A stretch of 64,000 bases of DNA from Octopus bimaculoides (lineage: Eukaryota), in contig NC_068994.1 of the NCBI RefSeq assembly GCF_001194135.2, forward strand, positions 21,499,045-21,563,044, given 5' to 3'. Shown piece after piece: positions 51,501 to 58,999 of this stretch. The notes under the pieces are model-generated. The model saw only the letters and a list, made by a program, of their open reading frames with translations. It had not been told where the DNA came from and searched no databases. How positions within the stretch are numbered: position 1 is the stretch's first letter; every line of letters begins with the position of its first letter. A program made the translations under genes and the position numbers.

Positions 51501-52254
51501 AACCTAAACGCACGANNNNNNNNNNNNNNNNNNNNNNNNNNNNNNNNNNNNNNNNNNNNNNNNNNNNNNNNNNNNNNNNNNNNNNNNNNNNNNNNNNNNN
51601 NNACGAACGATGTTATAAATAACTACCGCTGATAGTTGTTGTTGACAAACAACGGCACTAATTTTATTCAAGGGAAAAGATCCCATTACACCGTTAGAAT
51701 ATTCTACGGCAGTAATTGTTTTCACCTCAATAGACGTCAGTGATTGGTTGAAATTACACAAATACGACAACTTTAACATGAAATAACTGATTAAGAACTA
51801 ATTTTTGTTAAGAAGGCTAAGAGAAAAAGATGTTTTATATGACACATTCTACTAGTATCCCAAGTTTGAAAGTGTTTCGTTAAGAAAACAAGTGTTGCCT
51901 GTCAAACCAAAAAGATCCGAAAAATGTGTAATGTGAGTTAGAATTGGGGGAGGATATTTGAGGGTGAGTATCAGGGTGTTAATATTGAGATTGGAATTAC
52001 ACTCAGTTTAAAGTTTGTTGTATTTTCTCATCATCTTGCTCCCTTAATATTTATCCCTTTCTCTCCCGTAGGGTGGTGTGGCATTTATCATAATCAAAGG
52101 CTTCCTCAAGATCTACCTGCGTCAACAGCTCTACATCCAGCAACTGAGTCGTATAGTGAAGGACTTTAATGAAGACGATGTATCACCTAGCTCCAGTGTT
52201 TCTCCCAGCATGGCTACATCAATGGCATCCACAGCAACGTCAGACCATCAGTGA
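8940..52254 (+). CDS. MARCHF5: MARCH5/MARCHF5 (MITOL)-type RING-CH E3 ubiquitin ligase, spliced six-exon gene model, 301 aa
   Basis: Joined exons of 38+203+131+187+164+183 = 906 nt give an uninterrupted ORF: MTERSTSDPEDEGRTCYICYNTD...KWVHNTCLQRWID...CPQCNTEF...YWMAVTYGAVTVMQVLGHKEGLNVMERADPLFLLFGLP...RWEDYVLRLWRK...SATRVMCGAL...QRTLLGGVAFIIIKG...DHQ*. All introns are GT-AG with matching phases 2,1,0,1,0. The motifs match MARCH5 as recalled. Confidence 0.93.
10348..11917 (+). mobile_element. 5'-truncated RTE LINE spanning an assembly gap
   Basis: Encodes AESLPELEEKFQVWKQGLE and FRYLGDQVSSGGGC...LYDACV..MLHGSETWA. After the gap come the 3' UTR and (gat)n tail. Confidence 0.9.
10828..11564. other. 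Assembly gap (others: 27260-27920, 28761-29542, 30343-30508, 43401-44279, 51516-51602)
   Basis: Runs of N. All X-containing ORFs in the track are gap artefacts. Confidence 1.
11930..12700 (+). mobile_element. Tigger/pogo transposase remnant
   Basis: ORFs 11892..12368 and 12232..12684 contain SLLQPMDQGLIANLKAY...TVRDFW...AVDNIAESWDE...NSAWKSIWP. Confidence 0.85.
13100..13385 (+). mobile_element. Merlin (ISXO2/IS1595-like) transposase remnant
   Basis: Manual translation gives DTKKCFFEEI*GRLIDTLLHII...RTIHFEN...LLPHVLCHYTVNHRRNYVSP...LESFWHHIKKK, matching the Merlin H-x-TVNH-x-x-F-V-x-P...IES-x-W pattern. Confidence 0.7.
14393..14717 (-). mobile_element. tRNA-derived SINE with V/CORE-like central domain
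   Basis: Reverse-strand head gtggttagagcatcg...gttcgattcctgg, followed by the tgtgttcttgagcaagacactttatttcacgttgctccag core. Confidence 0.8.
16305..16748 (+). mobile_element. Degenerate tRNA SINE with RTE-like 3' tail
   Basis: Head gtgactgtgtgttaagaa..., tail aagggcaatcagctgtagaaaac...gatgttaaaacgatg. Confidence 0.65.
16811..17024. mobile_element. piggyBac-type MITE
   Basis: ttca|ccctttagcatt...aatgctaacggg|ttaa. Sister copy at 36491-36682. Confidence 0.75.
17280..17860. repeat. Degenerate GT-rich low-complexity tandem tract
   Basis: Recurring tgtagtggtg/gtgatac/tacagt units with many substitutions. Confidence 0.55.
17870..18790 (-). mobile_element. Old CR1/Jockey-group LINE ORF2 remnant
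   Basis: The reverse frame contains SFHSTFWHL-like linker text and endonuclease-like fragments, heavily disrupted. Confidence 0.35.
18828..19100 (-). mobile_element. tRNA-derived SINE (V/CORE-like core)
   Basis: gagataaagtgatttgctcaagaacacaa core plus reverse head ggaattgaaaccacgatc...aggctgtgtgccttca. Confidence 0.7.
19162..19295 (+). mobile_element. RTE 3' terminus
   Basis: agggcatccagctgtagaaactctgccagatcagattggag...gacgttaaac(gat)n. Confidence 0.85.
21343..21545 (+). CDS. MARCHF5: MARCH5 exon 2, RING-CH (C4HC3) domain
   Basis: Acceptor tttctgtttcag and donor CAG|GTAATG. Encodes CYIC...PCRCSGSTKWVHNTCLQRWID...CPQC (ORF 21320..21658). Confidence 0.92.
21826..22037 (-). mobile_element. 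tRNA SINE with Meta-like core, 25-bp TSD
   Basis: Core ggtacttaatttatcgatcccgaaagtatgaaaggcaaagtc. Flanking direct repeats at 21801-21825 and 22038-22062 differ by 2 mismatches. Confidence 0.85.
24850..25350 (+). mobile_element. Helitron Rep-helicase (helitron_like_N) fragment interrupted by a SINE
   Basis: Encodes LEHVSQTQPSYDVLYNLILWNGQDGYYFNIPRIEPATG*PITNKRVSSNDFYSYQLMLR, matching RISETHRSYDALQYPL..W.GEDGYHFNI...KKVS.M.FYSYRLMIR. It resumes as NHL after the SINE. Confidence 0.8.
25091..25308 (-). mobile_element. Meta-like SINE, 13-bp TSD
   Basis: TSD ccagaacaatcaa at 25078-25090 and 25309-25321. Confidence 0.85.
25440..26740 (+). mobile_element. CR1-clade LINE, RT region to 3' end, degraded
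   Basis: Encodes DVIYLDFAKAFDKVDHG, SGVPQGTVL, SYVNDTK (YADD equivalent), LDYCSQLWS and LEAVQR. The 3' UTR ends in gctgaaacatatgaaagaataaa. Confidence 0.88.
26815..26970 (-). mobile_element. Probable Penelope-like terminal fragment
   Basis: The minus strand reads TGAAGA-gcataggctc-GAAACGTC, resembling the PLE pseudo-LTR hammerhead signature. Confidence 0.4.
28258..28467. mobile_element. piggyBac-type MITE (second family)
   Basis: TTAA|ccctttTgttacc...ggtatcgaaaggg|TTAA. Confidence 0.75.
29543..29883 (+). mobile_element. RTE 3' end
   Basis: Same 3' UTR and (gat)n tail. The 5' part is lost in the gap. Confidence 0.85.
30511..30605 (+). mobile_element. RTE 3' terminus
   Basis: gtcctcagtcaaatcgtccaacc...ggacgttaaac(gat)n. 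Confidence 0.8.
31021..31250. repeat. Degenerate minisatellite, about 50-55 bp unit, 4-5 copies
   Basis: Recurring atacatcagcagca...tatcctccac.ttcccctcttccctt unit. Confidence 0.6.
32618..34470 (-). mobile_element. 5'-truncated RTE LINE with degraded RT
   Basis: ORFs 33884..34078 (CPWELLYADD), 33634..33840 (PHD-like Cys cluster), 33348..33689 and 33105..33293. The (cat)n tail starts at 32618. Confidence 0.92.
34800..35620 (+). mobile_element. Old CR1/Jockey-group RT remnant
   Basis: Fragments NY*PIALT, LNDQQYGF, AKAFD, SWIGGFLS and LQLLHLTIIVDLSWPQHI. Confidence 0.6.
36491..36682. mobile_element. piggyBac-type MITE 135 bp upstream of exon 3
   Basis: ctaa|ccctttagcatt...aatgctaaaggg|ttaa, same family as 16811-17024. 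Confidence 0.8.
36818..36948 (+). CDS. MARCHF5: MARCH5 exon 3 (first transmembrane region)
   Basis: Acceptor tttctttcactacag and donor CAG|GTATGT. Encodes RLVYIMDMTDKVIYKMCPFLAGGIFIGSVYWMAVTYGAVTVMQ. Confidence 0.95.
37277..38050 (+). mobile_element. HERO-like (R2/NeSL group) non-LTR retrotransposon remnant
   Basis: Colinear fragments LVGEALNRHHV, FTLRVS..HKPEKGITTG, YINDLT, KSRSLELKKGRV, PSITEKPVKRLG, WLATVD and IKTGQNWRAAKAVEAES resemble recalled HERO ORF motifs. Confidence 0.65.
38143..40389 (-). mobile_element. Near full-length Tigger (pogo) DNA transposon, inactivated
   Basis: TIRs cactgatacctcacagta and tactgtgaggttctactg|TA. N-terminus MGPKKVSAKDGAEKKK...(HTH), DDE region WVTRQFFSKWINLVFRPAVKK, C-terminus KGRKKQTSLDIF. 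Multiple frameshifts. Confidence 0.9.
40672..40956 (+). mobile_element. tRNA SINE (V/CORE-like core, same tail as the 2984 SINE)
   Basis: Head tggcttagtggttaggg...gaattcaattccc, core gacactttatttcacattgctcc, tail tgtattacaaagggccagccttgtcac. Confidence 0.8.
41572..41776 (-). mobile_element. Helentron/HINE-like repeat, 3' part
   Basis: aagagcactcagagagcacaaacctcc... is the reverse complement of the 4463-4803 end. Confidence 0.55.
41830..42060 (-). mobile_element. Gypsy LTR-retrotransposon integrase C-terminal fragment
   Basis: ORF 41836..42069: TRVFVCNDVVKSLLTILYAGPFCFLSRMDKFFTIDLNGHKDTISVNRLK resembles THVFVR.DAV...Y.GPF.VL.R.DKFF....NG..DTVS.DRLKP. Confidence 0.75.
42424..42618 (-). mobile_element. 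Helentron/HINE-like repeat, 5' part
   Basis: Reverse complement of the 4463-4640 segment, with the (caaa)n tract and taaggcagaggtaataa end. Confidence 0.55.
42620..43029 (-). mobile_element. Two tandem Meta-like SINE copies (42620-42785, 42815-43029)
   Basis: Both carry the acaaggcc...gaaagg.aaagttgac...ttttgcc...gcctt family sequence. Confidence 0.75.
43035..44765 (-). mobile_element. 5'-truncated RTE LINE spanning a gap
   Basis: ORF 43389..44828: GCPWELLYADDLALIA...WPCWICRNGVGRNFIRCTQCKLWTHKRC...FRYLGDQVSSGG. The (cat)n tail starts at 43035. Confidence 0.92.
46820..46975 (+). mobile_element. SINE/RTE-type 3' tail fragment
   Basis: ttaggaggggtgtccaactgtagaaaac...ccatgccagcatgga...(gat)n. 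Confidence 0.6.
47797..47983 (+). CDS. MARCHF5: MARCH5 exon 4
   Basis: Acceptor ctcattgtctag and donor ATG|GTGAGT. Encodes VLGHKEGLNVMERADPLFLLFGLPAIPLTLICGKLVRWEDYVLRLWRKHSSRLPLINYLFKD. Confidence 0.95.
48936..49099 (+). CDS. MARCHF5: MARCH5 exon 5
   Basis: Acceptor ttgtttctattgcag and donor CTT|GTAAGT. Encodes (E)CYRDTSMVEGRTDQTNPMSATRVMCGALILPTIATSVGKIAFSSVQSNFQRTLL. Not called in the ORF track. Confidence 0.93.
51039..51918. mobile_element. Foldback (palindromic) non-autonomous DNA element with telomere-like core
   Basis: GGATC...GATCC termini. The arms are reverse complements around a 21-nt loop (51438-51458). The 8-bp flanks taaaaatg and gaaaaatg match at 7/8. Confidence 0.85.
52072..52254 (+). 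CDS. MARCHF5: MARCH5 exon 6 (last coding exon, with stop)
   Basis: Acceptor ccctttctctcccgtag. Encodes GGVAFIIIKGFLKIYLRQQLYIQQLSRIVKDFNEDDVSPSSSVSPSMATSMASTATSDHQ, then TGA at 52252-52254. Confidence 0.92.
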   Translation, partial: GGVAFIIIKGFLKIYLRQQLYIQQLSRIVKDFNEDDVSPSSSVSPSMATSMASTATSDHQ

Positions 52255-52567
52255 TTTTCTTTTGATGTAGTATGCCACCATATCATTATTGTCCGAATTA
52301 TTTCTGCTGTCATTGCAGTTGTTGCAGAAAAGAAAGATTGGAGGTGGTGGTGTGTTGTGTGTGCGTGTATGTGTTCATTGCTGGTGGTGGGAGATGAAAA
52401 GGAGTAGGCGGCAAACTAAGAAGGAAATTGGTTGAGAAGAAAAGAGTGATATAGTCTCCGTCTCTCCTCTCTATCAATTTCATTCTCTTTCTCAATGAAA
52501 TTTGATAAACTTCAATGAAATTATCTTTCCTTTTAATATATTTAAAAGGCAGAAAAAAGACTTTTAA

Positions 52568-52573
52568 AATAAA
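52568..52573 (+). terminator. Candidate polyadenylation signal AATAAA for MARCH5
   Basis: AATAAA about 315 nt after the stop codon. The region is AT-rich, so a chance occurrence is likely. Confidence 0.25.
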
Positions 52574-54204
52574 GCAAAGAAAATAGAAAAAAAGTAATTA
52601 AAAAGGGGAAGAAAAGTAGAAAGAAAGTGAAGATATTCAAGTGCACAAATTTATTTTTAATCTTAATTTCTTTTCCAAATCTCTCTTTCCTTTTCCTGTC
52701 AGCTATACACATGAATGAATATGCAAACATACTTGTGCTTTCATACACTGGCATATATACACATACATCTTTGTGCAACTCACACATCTATTTGCATCAT
52801 CACGAATCATGCATTCACAGATACTTATGTATCAACACACTTCTATAAATATAACCAATGTCATCATCAATCTACATATGCAATTACATACACAAAGACA
52901 CATGTACATATATATAGGCACAATGTTGCTGCCACTCATTCAATTGTCTGTTGCCCTTAACGACCAGCACCAAACATGTATAAAGGATTTTTTCAGAATG
53001 AATGTAAAAAAAAAGGGAAAGCAGAAATAAGTACAAAACCCCTTTTTTTTTTCTTCCAGAAATGTTTTATAACATTTGTCCTCTTAGCTGTTGTTATTAT
53101 TGACTTAGTTGGTTCTAACTAATTAAAATTATAGCATAGAGATAACTGATCAAATGCTCATTACAAATCCACATATCCAGCATCCTGGAGCTGCAATGCC
53201 TCTATGCCTATAGGATGTCTAGTATGTCAATATTGGATGCAACCTATCCTGTGATCAGCATTACAACTGTGGCTATCTCATCTACAGTTTTGTGCCTCAG
53301 TGTCTGGAGTTCAGTTTCTGATTAGTGCTGATTTTAGTCTTTGAATCATCACAATTAGCTCTGAATGAGCAGATGTAGGACATGAAAGAATTGGGTTGAG
53401 CAAAACATTCAATGTCATGGCCATTTCCTCTTTTATTATGGGGCATGTTGTCCTAAGACAAGATCCAATATGTGATAATGAGCAAGTTGCTTTGAGTGAA
53501 AGAGACTGAATATTTCCCATATGATGATTGGTCTGAAGAAACAGTAAAGAGTAGTTATAAGACAAGTTTTTTTTAAAGCAAAGGGAGACTTGGCGTAAAC
53601 TGATCCAGAAGAGGAAGAATGAACTTGCTCAATAATCTCATATGAACTTAAAATTTATAAAAGCTGACCATTATGAAATGGTGTCAAGAGGAGTTAATGA
53701 TTATCATTCATAAACTGATGTGAAGTGAGAGAATGATTGGTCATTAATAAAATTTGCAAAATGTGCAAGGCAAGCTTAGTTATTCATAAACGTGTAGGAG
53801 GAGAGGTTATTCGCAAATTATAAAATGTGTGATGACATGGGAGGAGGTATGGTTTATAACAGAATCTTACCATTGAGCTGACAGAGTAAGAAATTTGATA
53901 TTTTTCTATGCTAGGTTTGAATTTTTAAAAATGCGTTGATATTCTGGTTTTTCCATAAAATGTCGAGATTTTTGTTTGTTGCTAAAATAACATAATAGAA
54001 ACCTTTTGTATCTCAAAGAAACATAATAGTTGGAAATACTGGAAAGATTATATTTGTGTTTATTTTTTACCAACTGAAAATGGATTTGGTGATATGAGCT
54101 GAGCTTGAAATTAAATAAACCTCTTACTGTTGGTTATTTTCATTTTGAGAGGGATTTGATCTTCACACTTTACCAAAATTGTAAATTTCTTTTAGCTTAG
54201 TTCT

Positions 54205-54625
54205 CCACCATGACTGAATGGTTAAGAAGTTCACAACCATGGATGCCTGAGTTCAATTCCACTGCATCTTGAGCAAATGTCATTTTCTATAACCTTGGGC
54301 GAGTGAAGATAGGTGGACAGAAACTGCATAGAAGCCCATCAGGTAGATTGTATCTGTAATTGAAAAGGTGCAATTCTTGTCATACAGTGTCTTGCCAATT
54401 CTACCTGTGAAGGGTACACTTGTCTGTTTGCAATATCTCAAAGAAATACTAGATACACCAGGCTCAGTGGGATGGTAATAGTTGGAAATAGGCTATTCTT
54501 CATATAATGATTTGATTGTTTGTTGTTGGAATTTAAAAATTCAAGTAATGTTATCCTCAGCCACTTACATGTTATTTCAGAAGCAAGTTATTCAGCTAAT
54601 AGACCAAGTGAATCCCCACCAACAA
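54205..54625 (+). mobile_element. Degenerate chimeric SINE interrupted by a 133-bp insert
   Basis: tRNA head, then tail ...aagggtacacttgtctgt|insert|ctcagccacttacatgtta..., colinear with the tail of the 2984 SINE family. Confidence 0.65.
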
Positions 54626-54709
54626 ATCACTCACCTGCTTTACTTCTAGAGAAGCAGACTGAGGAATGTCTTGTGCTCTACTCAAAATAAAGGATACTAT
54701 CAATAATAA

Positions 54710-54911
54710 TCCTTTCTACTATAGGCACATGGCCTGAAATTTTGGAATATGGGGGCTAGTTGATCACATTGGGGCCCCAGTGCTTGACTGCTACTTAATT
54801 TATCGACCCTAAAAGGATGAAAGGCAAAGTTGACTTGGGCAGAATTTGAACTTGCAACGTAAAGATGGATGAAATGTTGCTAAGCATTTTGTTCTGCCAG
54901 CTTGCCACCTT
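54710..54911 (-). mobile_element. Meta-like SINE
   Basis: tcctttctactataggcac...ttatcgaccctaaaaggatgaaaggcaaagttgac...cttgccacctt. Confidence 0.8.
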
Positions 54912-54932
54912 CATGATGGTGATAATAATAGC

Positions 54933-54983
54933 CACCATATCACCATATCACCATATCACCATATCACCATATCACCATATCAC
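54933..54983. repeat. Perfect 8-bp tandem repeat (CACCATAT), 6 copies plus a partial unit
   Basis: Read directly from the sequence. Confidence 0.95.
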
Positions 54984-56517
54984 TACAATTTCTATAAAAA
55001 CACTTAAAAGTCACCAATGTTCCCTTTGCATAAATGAGACAAGAATTGTTTAGTGCTGTGTTTGGAGCATGTTTTTTTTTAATATTTCTTTGCTGCTTTC
55101 GCAAATTCTCATGACTGTCACCATCCAATTCTATTATTATGAATTTGAATTGAGAGCTTGAGTCATAGTGAATCTTTCATTAGCTAATTACACAACCATG
55201 GACACCACCCATATGGATGCATTGCAGTTACTCTTGATAGATTTTGGTGATCCTGACTGTTTAATCTCCTAGGATTCCTTAACTCAGCACCAATGTAAGA
55301 AGCATTATTGGCTTAGTTGAGCTCTTCTGCAACCACTTCACAGTTGCCATAATGCAGTCTCATGACTTTGCCATATCCTTGGCAGGATTGCCAAAAGGCA
55401 GCCCATATCTATGCAGGGTACAGTCGTCACTCTGTGAGGTACTTTCAAATACCCTCATACTCATAATAGCTTTGGGCATGGTACTACAACCTCACACTAT
55501 AATATGTAAGAAGTATTTCAATATCTTGTCCTGGGAATACAGCTAATACTAATGAATTATTGGATATACTAATAATCACCACCATTACTCTTACATCAGT
55601 AATTGTTGATAACTGATTATTTTCATTGAATCAAGTCATCTGCAATAAAATATAGTCGTTACAGTGATATAACTGATAAAATCACCTGCATTGAACTATT
55701 TTGTAACTGTTGCTGTCTCTTTATCGTTAAAAGATACAGAAGGTTAAGTTATAAGGTATCAAGCAACTGACAAGACAACTGGTTGAAGAGGATGGGAATT
55801 TGTAGCCTGTCACTGGATTAGCATTGTACCTAAGATCAAAACTCAATACCACATCCTTGTACTGTAGTTGCAATTAATACAATGATATAATTCACAGTTG
55901 CAAGCAATAGCAGCACATAGGCTTGCAATTCAGGGTTTTATTTTACTTTGTGAGAACAGTTGATTGCAATAAATTAGTATTCTGTACAGTGACTAATTTG
56001 TTAATACCTTTTGAATTTGAGATAAGGGAGACCAAATGGACTGCAGAGATCTGTGAAAGTAAATAATCTTGAGCTTTGTTGCTTAAAAATAATTATTTGT
56101 TTAAAGAATGGATGTTTTACCAGCATTGCTTCCTCTGTTCTCTTATGGTTGCCTGGTTACACAACTTTTGCAATATCTCAAAGAAATACTAGATACACCA
56201 GGCTCAGTGGGATGGTAATAGGCTATTCTTCATATAATGATTTGATTGTTTGTTGTTGGAATTTAAAAATTCAAGTAATGTTATCCTCACTCACAGATAA
56301 GTAGAATTTGAAATATTTCTGTTATTGTTTTAAAAACTACGTATGTGAAAAGTATGGCTGAAAAGTTAACTAAACAATTAACTAACATACAAGATAAGAT
56401 AGTTAAAAACTTTGCCCAAATCTCAGGGATTCCTAATTTTTAGGTTCAATTTTATTCTCTAATAATATATGCTTAAAAAGGAGTTTATAACAGGTGTCAG
56501 TATCCTCTTGAAATATT

Positions 56518-56731
56518 GCTTTCAGATTTTGGTACAAGGCCAGCAATTTCAGGGGACAGGGCAGGTTGATTACATTGACCCCAATAATCAACTGGTATTT
56601 ATTTTATCGGCCCTGAAAGATGGAAGTGTAAAGTTGGCCTTGGTGGGATTTGAACTCGGAACATCAAGATGGATGAAATCCTGCTAAGCATTTTGTTTAG
56701 CATGCTAACAATTCTACCAGCTCACAGCCCT
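56518..56731 (-). mobile_element. Meta-like SINE with 18-19 bp TSD
   Basis: agtatcctcttgaaatatt (56499-56517) and agtatcctctgaaatatt (56732-56749). Confidence 0.82.
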
Positions 56732-57097
56732 AGTATCCTCTGAAATATTAGTTTTTAATGATTACTGTTTCTTCCGTTTTCACCTTCCTAAATCCTGGAA
56801 AATTTGAACTTAATACAACTTTCAGCAGTTTTTACACTACTGTGATCACTTATAGCAGTAAGATATCATGTAACTTTTGTAACTAGATAAACTGAGCAAC
56901 TGAGAATTAAGTGTTTTCATCCCAGACAGAGAATAACACCAGTAACTGGACATGAAATAAAAGTGACTCAGCTACTTTTAATAGATGATTGACTTGGCTA
57001 TCTACAGTAATAATAGAAATACTATTTCTTTATCATACACAGATTTCTAGATATTCAGACACAAGCTAAGTCAGACTCACTCAGAGTACTGCTGCTA

Positions 57098-57187
57098 CTT
57101 ACATCACCTAGATTTCTTAAGGAGCTTCCCATCTAAGTACTAACCAAACACAACATTGGTCAACTTTGGTAACTGTTGAGAACCTAG
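57098..57187 (-). pseudogene. 5S rRNA-derived fragment (pseudogene or SINE3 head)
   Basis: cccatctaagtactaacca (57128-57146) matches the 5S antisense cccatccaagtactaacca at 18/19. The flanks align with degeneracy. Confidence 0.6.
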
Positions 57188-57629
57188 TTTTTTTTACCCA
57201 CTGAACATAACTAGAATTCATCTATTTTAACATTTGTATGGGATAAAGAAATGTGAAATCACCTTTTTTTTTCTTTTCTTTTTAAGTAAGATTTGAAATA
57301 AAAAAATACATAGCCAAGTAAAATACCAATGTATTTTGACAAAATATTAATCTTATGCCTTCAATGAATAGTTCAACATTGATTCAACTTTACAATATTA
57401 TATGTATATTCTAGAACTTGTACAAAAACAATGTTGGTCTAGGCATATTTTGTATTGGAAACACATATTTTATGTAAGTATAAATCCTCAGATTTTCAAA
57501 GAAAATAGGAAGTTATAGCATTATTGCTTTTCCTGCTCAAATGCTGTCCACATTGGAACTGAAACTGAATCACAGTTTGCTGAGAATTCTGCTACAAGAA
57601 ACTCCTAACCACTCCATTATAATAACAAG

Positions 57630-58345
57630 AGTTTCTTCCTTTGACTTAAGGCCACATTTTAGGGGAGGGTTACAATTAAATGACATTTGATACTTAATTT
57701 ATAAACCTTGGAAGGATGAAAAGCAAAGTTGACAGAAGGCAATTCAGTCCGGTGCTCTGTTTTATCAAGTGTGCTGTTATCATTTCTGTCACTTGGTGAA
57801 ATAATAATCATAATAATTGTTTCTAAATTAAGTACAAGGCCAGGAATTTTTGAGTGGAGGTGTACTACTTGACTGGTATTATGTTATTGATCCTGGAAGG
57901 ATGAAAGTTGATCTTGGTAAACTTTGAACTGAGAACATAACTGAAACAAATACTGAAAAGTAGTTTTTCTCGTGCTCCCATTATTCTATGTATCTTCTAT
58001 TCTGATAACAATACTAATGATTTCAAATTTTGGGGAGGGGGCAAATCAATTTTATCAACCCCGGTATTCAACTGGTACTTATTTTATTGACCCTCGAAAG
58101 GTTGAAAGCAAAATCGATCTTGGCAGAATTTGAATTAAGAACATAAAGATGGACAAAATGCTGCTAAGCATTTTTGCCCTGTACTAATCATTCTGATAGC
58201 TCACCACTTTAAATGATGATGATAATACTTTCTGCTATAGACCTGACATTTTGGTGGAGGATGAGTGGTCAGCAACATTTTATCAACCCCAAAAGGATGA
58301 AAGGCAGGCAAAGTCAGCTTCAGCAGAATTTGAACTCAGAATGTA
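57630..58345 (-). mobile_element. Cluster of four degenerate Meta-like SINE copies (about 57630-57733, 57818-57975, 58017-58209, 58227-58345)
   Basis: Each carries ga(a)aggatgaaa(g)gcaaagt or a variant, in the same orientation. Confidence 0.7.
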
Positions 58346-58449
58346 ATGGTCTGCTAAATGATAAGGATAAAACAATCAGTTGTGAATATAGCTTGGTCAT
58401 GTATACTATGCTTTCACTAATAGCTTTAAGTGCCTTTGAAGCCACAGCC

Positions 58450-58660
58450 ATAAACCTTTTCTTGGCCCCCTTTTCCTTGATCCAGCTGAGCATTCAGGAT
58501 GTGGTCATCACACACAAAGATCGCTATGAGAGTATTACAGCTAAGTAGACTGCAGCAACATGAAATAAAGTGACTTGCTCAAGGACAAACATGCTGCCAG
58601 GTCTAGGAATTGAACTGACTATCATATCATGAACTGAACACTCTTCATTACTAGGTCATA
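58450..58660 (-). mobile_element. tRNA SINE (V/CORE-like core)
   Basis: catgaaataaagtgacttgctcaaggacaa...ggaattgaact. Confidence 0.65.
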
Positions 58661-58999
58661 CACCTATACATGGTGATAATAGTTTCTTTATTAGCCACAA
58701 GGTTTTGAAGAGATGATGAATGCTAAACAGGGGGTTGCAAAATGTGTGAGGTAGGACAAAAGTGATGAAACAAAGACAAGGTGAAGAGTGATGGTTGCTA
58801 TACATATATATATATAAAGGGACAAGTTAAAATGCATAAAAACGGAATAATTAAAAGTGTGTCATTAAGATAAAATATACATTAAACAGAAAACGGGAAA
58901 AACAATATTCTCGCTGATGAGTAATCTATTAACTAATCAAGTTAGAACACTCCAGATCTCTACTCATCTGCTATTGCTTATGTTTCAGTCTGGTGCACC

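Noticed and set aside
51377-51505. Genuine chromosome-fusion or interstitial telomere site
   Set aside because: The repeats are short, degenerate and enclosed in a TIR/TSD-bounded element inside an intron of an intact gene.
54933-54983. CRISPR-like or coding His/Ile repeat
   Set aside because: It is a plain 8-bp microsatellite without spacers, in a eukaryotic context.
48190-55300. Similar ~90-bp segments near 48190 and 55215
   Set aside because: They are divergent copies of an old interspersed repeat end, not a specific local duplication.
55593-55650. Minus-strand mini-exon-like segment (ttttattgcag...GTAAGA)
   Set aside because: Stop codons in all three frames and no partner exons. Compatible with chance in AT-rich DNA.
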